This document shows, one piece after another, positions 37,401 through 52,400 of a stretch of 64,000 bases of DNA; position 1 is the first letter of the stretch, and every line of letters begins with the position of its first letter. The position numbers were made by a program, and so were the translations under genes. The notes under the pieces were generated by a model. That model was not told the origin of the DNA and searched no databases. It was given only the letters and a program-made list of their open reading frames with translations. Source of the stretch: Lingula anatina (taxonomy: Eukaryota > Animalia > Brachiopoda); NCBI GenBank assembly GCA_051362555.1, contig CM120641.1:14508001-14572000 (forward strand), given 5' to 3'.

Positions 37401-40400
37401 TTATCTCCAAAACTGGCAAAAATAGGTCCATAGTTACTATTGAAGTTGAATAGGAAGTCATATACTGGCAATCTAAATGTGACCTTAAAATTGACCTTTG
37501 ACCTACTTTTCACCATGAACTGAACTTTGCAAATTTTGCTTCCCTTTTATCTCCAAAACTAGCAGAGATAGGTCCATAGTTACTATTGAAGTTGAATAGG
37601 AAGTCATATACTGGCAATCTAAATGTGACCTTAAAATTGACCTTTGACCTACTTTTCACCATGAACTGAACTCTGCTAATTTCTTTCTCTTTTAACTCCA
37701 AATCTGGCAGAGATAGGTCCATAGCTACTGTTGAAGTTGAATAGGAAGTCATATACTGGCAATCTAAATGTGACCTTGAAATTGACCTTTGACCTACTTT
37801 TTATTATGAATTGAACTTTGCAAATTTTGGTTCCCTTTTATCTCCAAAACTGGCAGAGATAAATCCATAGTTACTATTGAACTTGAATAGGAAGTCATAT
37901 ACTGGCAATCTTACTGTGACCTTGAAATTGACCTTTGACCTACTTTTCATCATGAACTGAACTTTGCAAATTTTGCTTCCCTTTTATCTCCAAAGTTACA
38001 CTGTATCAAAAAGTACATTTTGGTGGTTAAAGCAAAATGTGCAGTACGGTTATGGATAATAAATTTTGAACTCCGGAAAAATAAAACATAAGGCTTGGCA
38101 AAGCAGGCAACTTGTGGTCGAAAATGACATTATTTCATCAAATTTGAACATCTGGAACTTCAGAGCACCTCCCATTTCAAGAATTTTTACCAAAATGACC
38201 TTTTCTTTATTTTAATTAATTTTTTCCATAGGAAATTTATGGCACATTATGGTAACTCCAAAATTATAACATTTAGTCCCTTATATCTCCAAAACTGGCA
38301 GAGATAAGTCCATAGTTACTATTGAAGTTGAATAGGAAGTCATGTACTGGCAATCTTACTGTGACCTTGAAATTGACCTTTGACCTACTTTTCACCATGA
38401 ACTGAACTTTGCAAATTTTGCCTCCCTTTTATCTCCAAAACTGGCAGAGATAGTTCCATACTTTCTATTAAACTTGAATATGAAGTCATATACTGGCAAT
38501 CTAAATGTGACCTTGAAATTGACCTTTGACCTACTTTTCACCATGAACTGAACTTTGCAAATTTTGCTTCCCTTTTATCTCCAAAACTAGCAGAGATAGG
38601 TTCATAGTTACTATTGAAGTTGAATAGGAAGTCATATACTGGCAATCTAAATGTGACCTTAAAATTGACCTTTGACCTACTTTTCACCATGAACTGAACT
38701 TTGCAAATTTTGGTTCCCTTTTATCTCCAAAACTGGCAGAGATAGGTCCATAGTTACTATTGAAGTTGAATAGGAAGTCATATACTGGCAATCTAAATGT
38801 GACCTTGAAATTGACCTTTGACCTACTTTTTATCATGAATTGAACTTTGCAAATTTTGGTTCCCTTTTATCTCCAAAACTGGCAGAGATAGGTCCATAGT
38901 TACTATTGAACTTGAATAGGAAGTCATATACTGGCAATCTTTCTGTGACCTTGAAATTGACCTTTGACCTACTTATAATCATGAACTGAACTCTGCTAAT
39001 TTCTTTCTCTTTTTACTCCAAACCTGGCAGAGATAGGTCCATAGTTACTATTGAAGTTGAATAGGAAGTCATATACTGGCAATTTACTGTGACCTTGAAA
39101 TTGACCTTTGACCTACCTTACGATGAACTTAACTTTGATTGTACCATTTTAAGTTATATATATTTTTTGCGTATTTTGAAAATTCTTGTTGATTGCATTT
39201 TTATAGCTTGTCAAGCATAAGACTGGTGGCTGTGTCCCTTATTTTGTGTATGTGGGGGTCTATACGAATGCGCTTGCTCCAGCTGGTGGTACAATATTCG
39301 GAGGCGGTATCGCCTCTCTGATCCTCTAGTTTGTGTTTGTATATTTAATGTGAGATACAGGTACTGACTGTATTATCTCTCTATATATTATGTAATAAGT
39401 ATACTGCATTTTATCCTGTTCTGTTCTGTCTAGTAATGGTTAAATTAGTACCATAGTAGGAAGGTGAACTTATTGTACAAGCAGGTCTGCTGGAGTATTG
39501 ATGTCCAGTACCAGACAGATTCTCAAGGGATTAAGGTAAATTTTCTCAACAGGCAGATTTTCTCTGAACTTGATAGATGAATTATATTTCTCAGTACTAT
39601 ATTTTGTTGAATGTACCTAAAATGATGAATCTTGCATTTTGTAAAGTGACTGTCAAAGTGTAGGTTTTTTTGTGAGTCAGTTAAAGTTATGAATTTAGGC
39701 AAATTAAAATATAGGAATGAGAGAGATGTTTGAAAGTTGAGTAAGGTTATTCCCATAGTTTAGAATTTGGGATGCGTCATTTGGAGAACCTTTTGTTATA
39801 CACTATACCTTTTAACAGAAATTAAGAAATAATTGATATTGCAACCATTTTTTGTAAGCTTCATGGTGAAATATCCGCAAAGACATTACTGTCAACTGGA
39901 TTTTAGAATAATAGATATTGGTGGTGCATTTTATTGGAAAATGTAGGGAACTGTTTATTATTGTTGTTATTATTTGTAGAGTGGTGGTAGAGTAAGCATA
40001 TATACATTTAAACAACAGAAAAACTGAAGACAGTTCAATGAAAAATTGTGTTAGCTATATATTTGCCAAGACATCATATATTTACTCAGCACCAATACAG
40101 ATAAGTCCAAACAGTCTGTTAGGTCAAACAGCTGCAGGGTTAAAATGATGAGAATCAATGTTAGAGAGAATGCTCACATGATGTGATAAATCAAACACAC
40201 TCAGAACTACTTTTAATGAATTTGAAATTGAAAAACAAGTTTATCTGCTGGGCTATGTTGGTGTTAATACAGCTGGGCACCCATACTGATTACAGCAGTG
40301 TTTGTAACTAAAATACTGCTAGTAGATAGGTAGATGTTTTATTTATTCTGAATTGTGAGCAGAAGCACAAGAATTTAGAAACGCCATTTTCTTTTTCAAA

Positions 40401-43400
40401 TATCTGCAGTTAAGTCAAGCAGTGTTGAGCAGTGAAATACATACATGTTGCATTAGACTAAGTGTTTGCCATCAGACCCATGGACAGGGGGAGAGGTGGT
40501 CAAGAAGCCCCCCCCCCCCCACCTCCCCCCCCCCCCTGGCCAGAACAGGGTTGGGTCAACTAAGTAAGTAAAAAGGGGCCTTTATTTAATATTGCTGGTT
40601 TTAAGTTTGGGAATACATGGAGTATTTGAAAGAAAATTTGGATATGAAAATAAGATTCCTTTCAAAACAACTATCATGTTTTAGTTGCCCCCACATGTAC
40701 ATGCATGCATATAAAAGCATGCATATACATGTATGTATGTTCATTTGGAAAGGTATGCTTATACATGTACCCAAATTAAATGACAACACATACCAAGTTT
40801 GTTTTTTAACAGCAAATATTTGTCAAGGACAGTCCTGTGTCAGTTCTATGTTTGTTTGGCAAAGTATTTTGATAATTAGAAGAACAAATAGACATGATCT
40901 TTGCCTAGTGTTCTGCAATCTATTATCACAGATAATAAAAGTTATGAGGAGGAAACTGTCTGTGTTAGTAACAAGAAACAAAAACATACCCCATCTTCAC
41001 TATGATTATCCTTATCAGCGAGTCTGTTGAGTACATATTGAAGTCTGGCTGGATGGTGCCAAGAATGAGTGATTTTTCCCCACTGGCAGTTGAAACAGTC
41101 TTGATATCTGTATAATAATATAGATGTGGTAGTTTTAAGCACGCGTCATGTTTAAATAATGATACACATTTCCAGTATCATTTGATGATAAGGGTTACAC
41201 ACTGCTGGATGATAATTCACTTTCAACGAGAGGAGTAAATATATACTCTGGAAAAAATTTTGACTTCGTTATGAATGTGATTCTCAAAAGGTGACATAAT
41301 TTTAAAAAAAAAAAAACATTTACATTATATTTCTTACCAATAAACATTAAATTTTTAATTTGGTATTTTGCAAAAAAAATCTTTGCTGAAAGAAATTCTA
41401 CCACTGAGGTTAGTAGGGAGAGGTCATGGAGTGTGGCAGTGATTGGATCTGGTATTTTATCTGTTTCTTATATTGAATGATTCCCATTTGTCAGTATGGT
41501 TTTGAGGTGATACAGGCTTTACTGATGGAACCCATTGTTGATGCCAAGAAAGAGAGTTGGAAAATGGTCAGGTTTGTTCTTGGTAAGCAGTTCTCTTTAG
41601 GTGTTAAATGGTATAATGGTATCTGTTTACTGTCTGATGGTATGGTTGAAATGTTGGTCTGCTTGAATGCCATATTGCTGCTGTCTATGCCTACCTCAAA
41701 TACACTAAACAGTTGTGCTCTGTTCTATTTCAGTGTATAATGGGTGATTATGAAAAAGTCACTGAATGCCATTGCTTGTGTCATTGGTGATTGTTTTATT
41801 ATCTGTTCCATTGGTCTTCAATTTAAGCTCCCTATATATCTGTATCTGTTGCATTGCCCATATTGCCATTCAAGATTTTTCTAAAGCTCCGAGCTTTCAA
41901 ATGGAAGCACATTGAAAAAAAAAAAAAAGAATCATTTATTAGGAGAATTTATCTTTCTGCTATTGAGGGGGATTTATAAAAAAAAGTTCTATTTCATAAG
42001 CCTCTGGGATTCATGGTACCAGCTGCTACAGTGTAGTCTCTGAGGGCAGAATTCAATTGTAAATAATATATTGAAGTTGCTTTGATAATTAGTTGCACAT
42101 AGACGGCTTGAATGAATTTTTTTTTCTAAATTCAAAGGTGATAGAATGCGAATGTCAATGGACATTGAGAGTTCATTATATTGGCATTGTGATCTTTTTC
42201 CCTGCAGTTATAGATAATTATGAGACAATCATTGATTTTAGGTACTAATGATCAAAAATTAAAGAACTGCAGGTCTAATGATCACTAATTGGCTTGGCTC
42301 AGCGGATTATACAACATACTGACATACTAAAAAATGGTAGAAGACCTTTTGCTACTTGGTTATCCAGGAAGTCCAAATGGGGGAAATAGAGGAGAGGATA
42401 GGCTTACAGGAGCTACAATCTACATATGTTGGACTTGTTAAGACAGATTTAAAAAACAAACCATATTGGGAATCTGACATTGTCTTTTTAGGACTACTTT
42501 TTTAAGCATTGCCAATAACCCAGATTGGAACGCGAATTCATCAACAACTTAAGCTTCCATCCAATGATACTGGTACCTGCTTTCTTCCCCATTATGTGAT
42601 ATATATTTAATCTTAGATATGGATTGCAGGTACAAATAGTAATAATGTTTTAAATACCAGTTATAGATTATATCAAAGAAATGATAGTAATGATACAAAA
42701 TTACTAATAACATTCTGAAGATATTGTGCTACGTACAACTCATGATCATCAGGGAGGTATTGCTGTTTATAATAATTGATGAATTAACATAAATTTGTAT
42801 TGGGCCACATTGAATAATTTTGTAATAAAAAGTGTATGAATGTATTTAAATGCATTCAAATTTAGTCATATTGTTTACACAATTGATTGATTAATATTTT
42901 TTAAAAGAAATTATCTAACCAGTATACATGTATATATATGATTTGGTAAAAATAAGTCTGCCTGCTAACTTGAGCTCAAATTATTGAAAGGGAACAATGT
43001 AGGAGACCTTATGAATTTCTAATTTTGCACTTTCTTTTTGAAGATATGATGTCCATTACATAGTGTCCTGTTTAGAAAACAAACTAACATATCAGATTCT
43101 TTACCTTAATCCTACTTTAAAGAAGAACATGTGTGGTAATCAAACAAGAACAACCTCTTAATATGTTATCAACGGTTGAAATCCCCCCTCCCCTGTGGAA
43201 AGCTTCACAGGTAAGATAAATATTTGATATGTCTCACTAAAACCAAGATTAAGATTAGACGACAGGCATCAAAATTGAATTTACATACAACTTGTAACAG
43301 AGTTTATTCCTTCCACCCTGGAATACTAGTCACAGGCTTGGGGAAGGCTTTATTGACTGGTAAGCCTTACCAGCAACAGTCTAAAACGGTATGGATTTTT

Positions 43401-46400
43401 CAGGGAATCTTTCAGATATGTCTGCTCTTGGTAAGTCTCCATGTTATGCCCAGTACTGCTCTGTATGTGTATTTGTTTCTTTTTGTATATATTCTGATGT
43501 CATGCATCATGATGCATTACAATGTGTAGAATTGTATGGCCAATTTAATGTCAGTGGATGTGGTATTGTTACCTTTTGTATCCTGATGTCATGTATTACA
43601 GTGTTAAGATGTCTGTCTGATTTAATATATATATGCATGTTTACATACATATTGTTGCAGCTTCTATGATTATCTTGAAAGTCAAATGTTCAGAGCAAAG
43701 GGCCACAGGCATGTAATGCATTACCTTATAGTGACTTAAAATTGTCTCATAGCATATATTATGTACAAATACCTAACTTTATGGTGACTTAAATGTCTCA
43801 TAGCATTAATAAATAAGAAGTGATGGACCATTGTAATACATGTTATCTACCCAAGACACCATTCTTTCCCAATGTATTCATCTTATCTTGAGCAATGAAA
43901 GCACCATACAGAAGCTGCTACTGAGGATTTACTTATTGATAACACATGGTTAGATTATACTGGCTATTTTTCCTTTTGCTGAACAGACTTCATATTATGA
44001 TGATAATGCTGTTAAGATATTCTGTCACTACATTCCCTACTTCATTGTTGGTTAAGGCAAGGTCTTAATAAGGGCTCTGGTCTACAACAAGACACAGTCT
44101 AGGTTTCCACACGGGTGAGCTGTAACAAGGCATATGCCAGCTTGACACAATTAAGTTACAGCTATTCTAGTTTACCACTTGGCATATTTTGTTTTTTTAA
44201 AGATCATTTAAAGATCAGCTGCAATACACAATTACTAGTAGGTTTATTAAAGCTATAGGCTAAGTTGACACAAGGCAAAGGTTGGTTGCTATAGCCAAAA
44301 CGTTAGTTTCATTATTGTGCCTTGGTTCAGTTTATCCCATTTGATTGACCAAAAAGGTCTGGGGAAAGATAATCTTCATTGCAAAAAACTTCAGCTAGGT
44401 GAATATGGAGTAAAAATAGATATAAAAAACAAGGAAAATGAAATTGATACTGAAGTAAATAGATATTAAGTTTTTTCAACTTAGGTACATGCTTAGTTTG
44501 CCAAAATGCTAGTTTGTCACAGGGAACATGATAGGTTGCCATATGAAAAAAAGCTAGGTTGGGATATTACATAGGTCTCAAATAATAAAACAGTTGTCAG
44601 AAGGTAGTGACAAGATTGAAAAAAATTGTGAATACTGGATTGCCTGCTTGTCCGTCATATGGTAAGTCTTTTTGGTGCACAGCATATACTAAGGGGGCAT
44701 TCATAATAAAACTATCCTACTGGGTAGATTGATTGAATTTTGCAGGGACTATCGCTGAATGCAATCAAATGAACTGAATGAAATGCCTCCTCGAGTAGCC
44801 GGGGGAGGGGAGGGGGGTGATTAACTTTCATATGCTGTCGGAGGAGTCTTGTCATTTAGTCAATCTGATTGCATTCAGCAAGAGTCCCCGCAGAGTGGGA
44901 TTGATCTACCTAGTATGATAGTTTCAATGTTAACACACCTTAAGTTGGGACAAGGCATAGGCTAAGGCAGGGCAAGGTATAGAATAAATTGGCATAGCTA
45001 AGGAACAGGTTGTTTGCAAGCACAGTAGAAATGGCCACTGTGTACAATTTAATGTGGTTACAATGTGGAGACTGGCTGGGTTGCAATGTCAGGTTATGAC
45101 AAATGGTTTGTTCCTATTGATTGATTTTAATTTTTGATATTTCTATTGAAGTTTACTCAAGAATTCCATTGACTTTACAAGATATGGAATATCATCTTCT
45201 CTAAGGGTCCTCAAGGTTATCAGTTGGAGAATATGTGCATAGGAAAAGAGTTGGGAGACATGGTCACACCACTCAGATAAAGTTGTTCTGTTGTTAAGTG
45301 GTTTGTTTTGGGTGATCAGTGTGGAAACAGTGAGATGTTCAAATTAAGTCTCACTGAGTGATGTACAAATATATATATCTGCTTTCAAAATGGGGTTTGA
45401 AGCAAGTTTTTATGACCTTGATCTGTTGTTTTTAATACACTTTTCCTCAGTAAAAGCCACGTGATGCACTGAGGATGCTGTTACTTTGTACACCACCATC
45501 TCTCCAGAGACCACTGATCACTTAGGCTCTGTTCTCACAACTTTTAGATCGATCTATCACCGCGGGGAGTCTCACTAGATTACTGTCAGATAATCCGCCT
45601 TAAGTGTCCGTCCCCGCCTACTACAAGCTGTAAGGGGTAATTAACTTTCGTGTCCGTCCGGCTGACAGCTATTTAGCGTGAACCCCCAGGGAGTTAGGTC
45701 GATCCAATGTAGGTCGATCTAATCTATGAGAATGGGGTGTTAGTTTAGTGATCAGTGTGGAATTGCGTGGGTTTGTCCTTTAGCTGAACTGTCTGTAGAG
45801 TTTATGTAACTGAAAATATGAATGTTTTTAGATAAGAAAACATAAACAGAACAATACATGCTAGCATAAATTATGTTAATTATGATCCATGGCTTTTCTT
45901 TTCTTTCAACAAAGAGCAAGATACCAGGAATATGACTCACTTGTGTTTCTTAGAAGAAATGTACTCATCAACATTTCCTTGATGCTTTTGGTTATAACCC
46001 ATTAACTTTGTTGTCTCTCTTAGTTATGAACTACTATCATCTTTGGGCATCACATAATTAGATGATGTTGTCTAACTTAAAATTGTGTAAATGTGATTTT
46101 CTTTAAATTGAAAAGTGTTTTAATGATAATATTTCTCATGCAAATATTTTGTGTGCTCCATGTATTTCATTCATTAATGAAATTTATTTAAAATGTTTTA
46201 TCTTGTAGACGGCATGCTGGATCATGAGAATGAGGAACTCAGAGAGCGGGTGTCTGCCCTGGAGAAAAAGGTCCACCAAAATGAAGACGAAATGCTCTGT
46301 CTGAAAAGTGCCCTGGCAGATGCACTGCGCAGGATAGCTTCCTTGGAATCCGGCAGAACAGGTATGAAATGGAATGTTTTTTGACCATTTTCAAAACTTA

Positions 46401-49400
46401 GCTTTTCTTTTGCCCAGAATAGCTTCCTGGGAATCTGGCAGAACAAGTATGAAATGGAATGTTTTTTTGGTCATTTTCAAAACTTAGCTTTTCTTTGGCC
46501 TTAGTGGTCAACCAGGGCCACGTAACATGAAAGCATCACATATTGCAAATAGTGATATCACAAAGAGGCTACAGTGTATTAAATGGGGCGAGTATGGGCG
46601 AATTTTGGAATGAGACGTTTGCACTCAGTCACAATGCGCAATGCTTTCGAGTTACGGGACCCAGGTCTCTAAGTAAGAAAAGCTGGTCTAGCAATTTGCA
46701 GACCACTGGATACAAGAGTATTGTTTTAGCCATGTACTTCTTATATTAGGCTCAATGAAATAAGTGAATTTTCTCAGAAATGTTTTTTTTACCAAATTGA
46801 CTGTTTTGTATTTTTATTCCATGTATTATTGCTCCAGTATGAGAAAAGTTTAAGTGAAAAGAGGGCTCTCATAAGAAGATGTAGATTGTGTAATTTATCT
46901 GTGGATGCCAAAAACTCAAATAAGCACACTTATCCTTTAAACTTTTGATCCCCTGCAATCTCTTCAGAAGTAATGAGGTTTGGATGTAGTACACAGTGCC
47001 TGTAAGTACCCTGACTTACCAATATTATGACTGATCAGCATGTACCCCCCACCAATTGAGCTTACATCAAATTCAGGAGGTTTTGAAAGCATCCACTGAA
47101 ATGAAAAATCTTTATCTGCTGGATTATTGAGTAATTAGTTTTGCACATTGAATCAAGTAGGGCCAAATGTACGTAATTTCTTGATCATGTCTGTTCTGGC
47201 ATTTATCCCATAGGTTATAAATGTAATAATGTGTTTGATAAGCCAACACAATCTCTGCCAGCAGTGGCTTCATTATTGTGCCTTAGTTCAGTTTATCCCA
47301 TATGATTGATCAAGATAAATTTGTCTGGGAAAGATAATCTTCATTGCGAAAAACTTCAGCTAGGTGAATATAAAGTAAAGATAGATATAAGAAAGCAAAG
47401 AAAATGAAATTGATATAAGGTAAATGGATATGATTGTGTATTTAAATTTTTCTATAAATAAAAAATGTAGTTTTATTTTTCATAACTAAAAAATTGGGCA
47501 TACTTTTTGATATCATCTATTTTGAAATTTATTTAAAGAAATGTAACATTTATGTGCTTGCCACTGATGTCTTACTTATGTACGAAAGAAACTAACTGAC
47601 ATTGTTGTCACCAGATGTCTCTACTAGTACTTGTGCCTCATAATCTCCAAACTAGTGAATGAGTGAGTGTGCTTTCACTTGGCCCACAATACTGTTCACT
47701 CACAGATAGGAGGGGCAGTTGGTAGGTATTAGGTATTAGTGCTCAGTGGGAACAATTACAGATGATTTTGCACACTTTTATGTTTACGTTTTAGTTCCCA
47801 GCTATTAATGCAAGGTTCTATATTTGCTTTGATAACTTGAATTTATTTTTTATGTTTTTGTCACTAAGATGGAATGCACTTGATGTGTCATCTAGCTGGG
47901 GAAGTATGATATATTGGTATTATGTGGGTCAGGTTGAAGTTTTAACTCTTGAAATTGTTTTCTGTGCTGAGGCTTACTAGAATATATGCTCTGTCTGACT
48001 TCTGGTAAAGTTGTTTATCTTTGAAGATGGGGTGGAATCATTTAAGATAATAGTGGATAGATATGAGGATTATTTTGTCCAGGTGTGCACCACATCCAAA
48101 CAGATATTGAAAAAAATATTATGAACAACTAAAGCTTTTTGAGGAGGGCACCTAGCAGAAGGCTCAAGAACTGATGGAGACACTTGTGCAGTGTTGGAAT
48201 ACCTGTATATACATTGGTTTCTCCCCAAAAAGAAAAATAACTTTTGGTTGTTCAAAATAACTATTTTATCATATAATTCTATCAACCAAATGAAAATCTT
48301 TGTTAAGTCACCAAAGAGGTTACAAACTGGCCGTGCTATAATTTTATTCAACGAATGGCTTATCAGAAGTAATGCATTTTTATTTATCACTTTAGGTAAT
48401 GAAAATTATTTCTGTAATATTATATAGCTTGGTAGAATACAATCATAAGATAAACTTGTCTTATTTTAATTAGCATATAGAACTGTAACTTCTTACTTCT
48501 TCAATAAAAATATGTATGTCCAGGAAAAAAGGAAAATAATGAAGGGAAACATCTATGTTTAGTCATGTATAAACAATAGCAAAGTTGTCTCTTTATCAGG
48601 AGGTTTTTCATGGGAGATAATTACTGTGACACCCAGGGCTATTAATACCTCATGCCTGTAGTATAAAGCAGATACATCTTGATAAATATAAATGTGTAGG
48701 CTGATCTTGTAGGTCAACTATTCCAGGCAGCAATGAGATAATACCTATATACTGGTGACACACAGTATGCTGCTGTGGAATGTGGTCAGCATATATAGAC
48801 AGAATGATTTCATCTCCATAATAGCTGCTATCATAGGCAGAAATGGGCGTGTCTGTTCACTTGATTATGATTATTGTTCACTTCTGTCTATATGAATTCA
48901 CGGGGCATCATGCTGGGCATGAAAATGAAAACAACTTTTAAGTTTTATCTAGTTTGTTTTTTATGTACGAAAAGTTGATTTAAACTTTAAAAAAAGGATG
49001 TTATATAGGTAAAACTGAATTTTTTGTCAGTGTTATCCTACAGGAGCCATTATCTCCATAAATACTACATTGAGCACTTATTAAAATAAGTTTAGCCCCA
49101 TTTTGATGAAAGCTGCATCTGCAATATCCTGATTGCAGATGAGATATTGCCACATCATTTTATTTGTCACCTGATAGGAAGTATGTGGATGCTTTCACAT
49201 TGCACTTTGGCCTAAACGGGCACACTGAATGTATAGAAGAGAGATTGAGAGACATTGAACACATAAACTGTCAAGACATTTATTGCTTATATTCCATATG
49301 AATACTCTTCTGCTTAATTTCCTGCAGCTATTGTCATTCCGTCTCTCTAATAAATTGCTGTATCAGTTATTTAATTATCATGTCCTGGATATTATACATG

Positions 49401-52400
49401 ATACAAGCATTTGATAGATGTAACCTAGAAGACGGTTGTTTTAGCCAACATAAAACGCACCTACTCAACTCTATCAGTTTTGGTCAACTCGCTGACAGTT
49501 TATTTAAAAAACTAAGTAAAATATACAGTATATCTGCCCATTAACCAAAACATTTTTATCTACCCTCCATTAAAAAAAAAGTAAGTAACATACATGATAT
49601 GTGCCTGTTAACCAAAACATTTTTATCCAATGTCCAATGAACAGTTATGCAAGCCAAAGTATGCAGATGGCCCAAGAAGATTTCTGTTGCCAGCAGAACA
49701 ATGACTGACTAGTTTACATATTTGATCTGTTTTTCTTGCAGCTGGACTTACTAACAACGTACTCCCATCCAAACCATTCAAGCCACAGCCGAGGAGGGTA
49801 TCCAGTGCACCCATCTCTGCAGCTGATTCCAGGAGTAAAAGAGCAGGTGATTTTGGGTTCTCGCTCTGATGTCCTTTTTACTGAAGACAGCATTCTAGTA
49901 TATATAATGATCAGAATATTTTATTTTATGTATATTATCATTCTTTTTTTTTTTATTATTGAAGAATGTATTTTTGGCTCAGTTATAGAAGAACAGATAT
50001 GTTTTGAAAAGTGATTTTACTATCATATTTGTATCTTTTTTTTTGTTTGTTTGTTTGTTTTCATGAAGGATACTTTTTTAAGTATGGAATACAAGACAAC
50101 ATCATCTGCACTTAAAGATTTCATGTTACCTCATTTCTTAGCACACAGCATGCAGACATTTATATTATGAAGTTGTTTTGTTCACTCTCAGCAGGCTTCT
50201 CCCTGATAGATCCATCTGTATCTGACTGACATTTATAATGATCATAACCTTGAATATAAAAGGAGATTGAAGTCTTTGTGAATTTCCTTTTTTTAGAGAT
50301 GATTTTTCTTGAGCACTTGTTTTCTGAGCAAGATTCTTTCTTGTATGTTCAAGATTTTGTTGTATACTTTTTTATCTGCCCTCTACCATGTCAAATATAA
50401 TTTAGGCCAGTGTAGTCCTTGTTTTTATTTAAAATGTAGGATCAGTTGAACAGGCATTTGTCACTCGTGACACAGCACCACCACAGAAGAGGGCGCCCAC
50501 ACCCACTCCCAAGGCTCCCCCCTCACCCAGCCCAACCTCACTGAAGAAGTGGTCATCACTGTCTTCTGCAGAATTCCAGGGAGGAAACTTACAAATGAGC
50601 AGGTATTTATGTTGGTGGTGTATTTTTTTTCTTTATCCACTTCCATAAGTTTTGTTATCAGGGATAATAACCAGGAAAGTGGTTGTGAATTCAAGTTAAT
50701 GTAGAGTTTGTGTTGATTTCTGAAAGTTTTACATTTTTTGTGGGGTGATTGTTTTGCCTTTTTTTCTGGGATGATTTTGCTGTTTGCTGTGTGATTTTTC
50801 TTTGGGAATGTACTCTTTATAGCTTATACTTTTTAGCTCACAATCTTTTTATTTCTCTACTTGCATCTTCAGCCATTTTCAGTTTGGGTTTTACTGGCTT
50901 TCATGTTATTACTAACAAAATGCTAAAGAATCATTACAGTATAATGCATGGGAAAAAAATCTTCATTATAAAGCATTGCCATGGGCATATTTAGTTTTAT
51001 AATGGTATGAATTAATTCACCTTTTACTTGGATTTAATTTCATTGTATGGGCTCTGCAGTTTGTTTGTAAAAATATTCCCACTAATGCATTTCTATGCAC
51101 ATAATTAGGGTATCTTTTCACAAAGCTCAAGGAATAATTTGTATGCATATAATGTTTGATGGACTAAATTGATAATAAGGTCAAAATAGTGATTAGCTTG
51201 TTTGGAAACCCAAGGGCATTGGTGTCCATCTGCATGCAGGGTAATTGTTTAGTATATTTACTTCCTTCTGGATTCTTTTATGTAGATAAAAAAAATCACT
51301 CACCAATAGTCATTTTATGATTAAAAAAAGCAGTATAGAGATAAAAGTAAAGAATTGTGTCTTCATACAGTAGCCTCAGTATATAGCCTGATGTGTCAGT
51401 AGGAAACCACTTTGTAGATCAGGATGAAAAGTACAGTGATGGAGAATGTTCCTAATTTTACAGCAGCACAATTGTAGTAATATAGCAATTACTATATACC
51501 AGTGCTAGCTGGTACTTAACATGGCCCTGTGGGGTTTGTTTAATGCATTTTGTTCATAACCTGTTGGCTTGGGCATTAAAGCATCAATAAATAGGATGTT
51601 TAGAACAAATGGTTTGTAGCATTCTGTGCTGGAATAAGGTAGGGTGTGTGCTTTTGAGCTGCTTTTTGGTCTGCGGTAAATGCTTTACTTGTAATAAGAT
51701 TTGTTTTGAAGTTTTTGAAAATTGTGACATTACTGGAATCAAAGACAGAAATCAGAGCATTGCAAGAGGATTTAAATAATGTGCCCGGTTATTTAAGAAA
51801 CAGAGAAAAGAACTCGAATTTCAAAAGTACATGGCAATAATTCCAGATATCGTACATGTAACTTCTTGAATTTAAAATACATGTGGTATTTGTTGATTAA
51901 CAAAAAGAAAGGTTTTAATAGTATTTAATCAGAATTGAGCATTTTATGTTGGTAACAACACAAACAATGTAGTTTGATCATTGTAAGAATTTAAATACCT
52001 TCACCTTTAAGCTTAATTTTGACCAGTTTGTTTTCAAACAATATCATATCTAAATTATATATATATATATATATATTGTATGTAATTGTTTTAGATCGTT
52101 CCAGTCTGTGACATGCTTAACTGACAAAACTAGAGCTACTGATAGAAAAGCTATGGCACATAGGCGGTAATTTACCACTTAGTATCTCTCTTTTCTTCAT
52201 GGTTGATTGCTATAACCAAATATCTACAATATCTACTTGCTGTGATGTAAACCATATATATTTTGCTTGTTTTGGTTTTTAGCTGCATAAAAAAATAATG
52301 CAATAAACATTTCCATGCATGTGGTCAATTTTAATCATCTAACCAAGAGCATGTTTTATGCTTAACCTGCATTATTCCTTTACATATGCCCATGGTTGTC

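Noticed and set aside
37113-39136. CRISPR-like array
   Set aside because: Monomers are contiguous with no unique spacers, in a eukaryotic intron with no cas genes.
40474-40560. G-rich and poly-C tract as a regulatory G-quadruplex or MITE
   Set aside because: No second terminus found; homopolymer is low complexity and error-prone.
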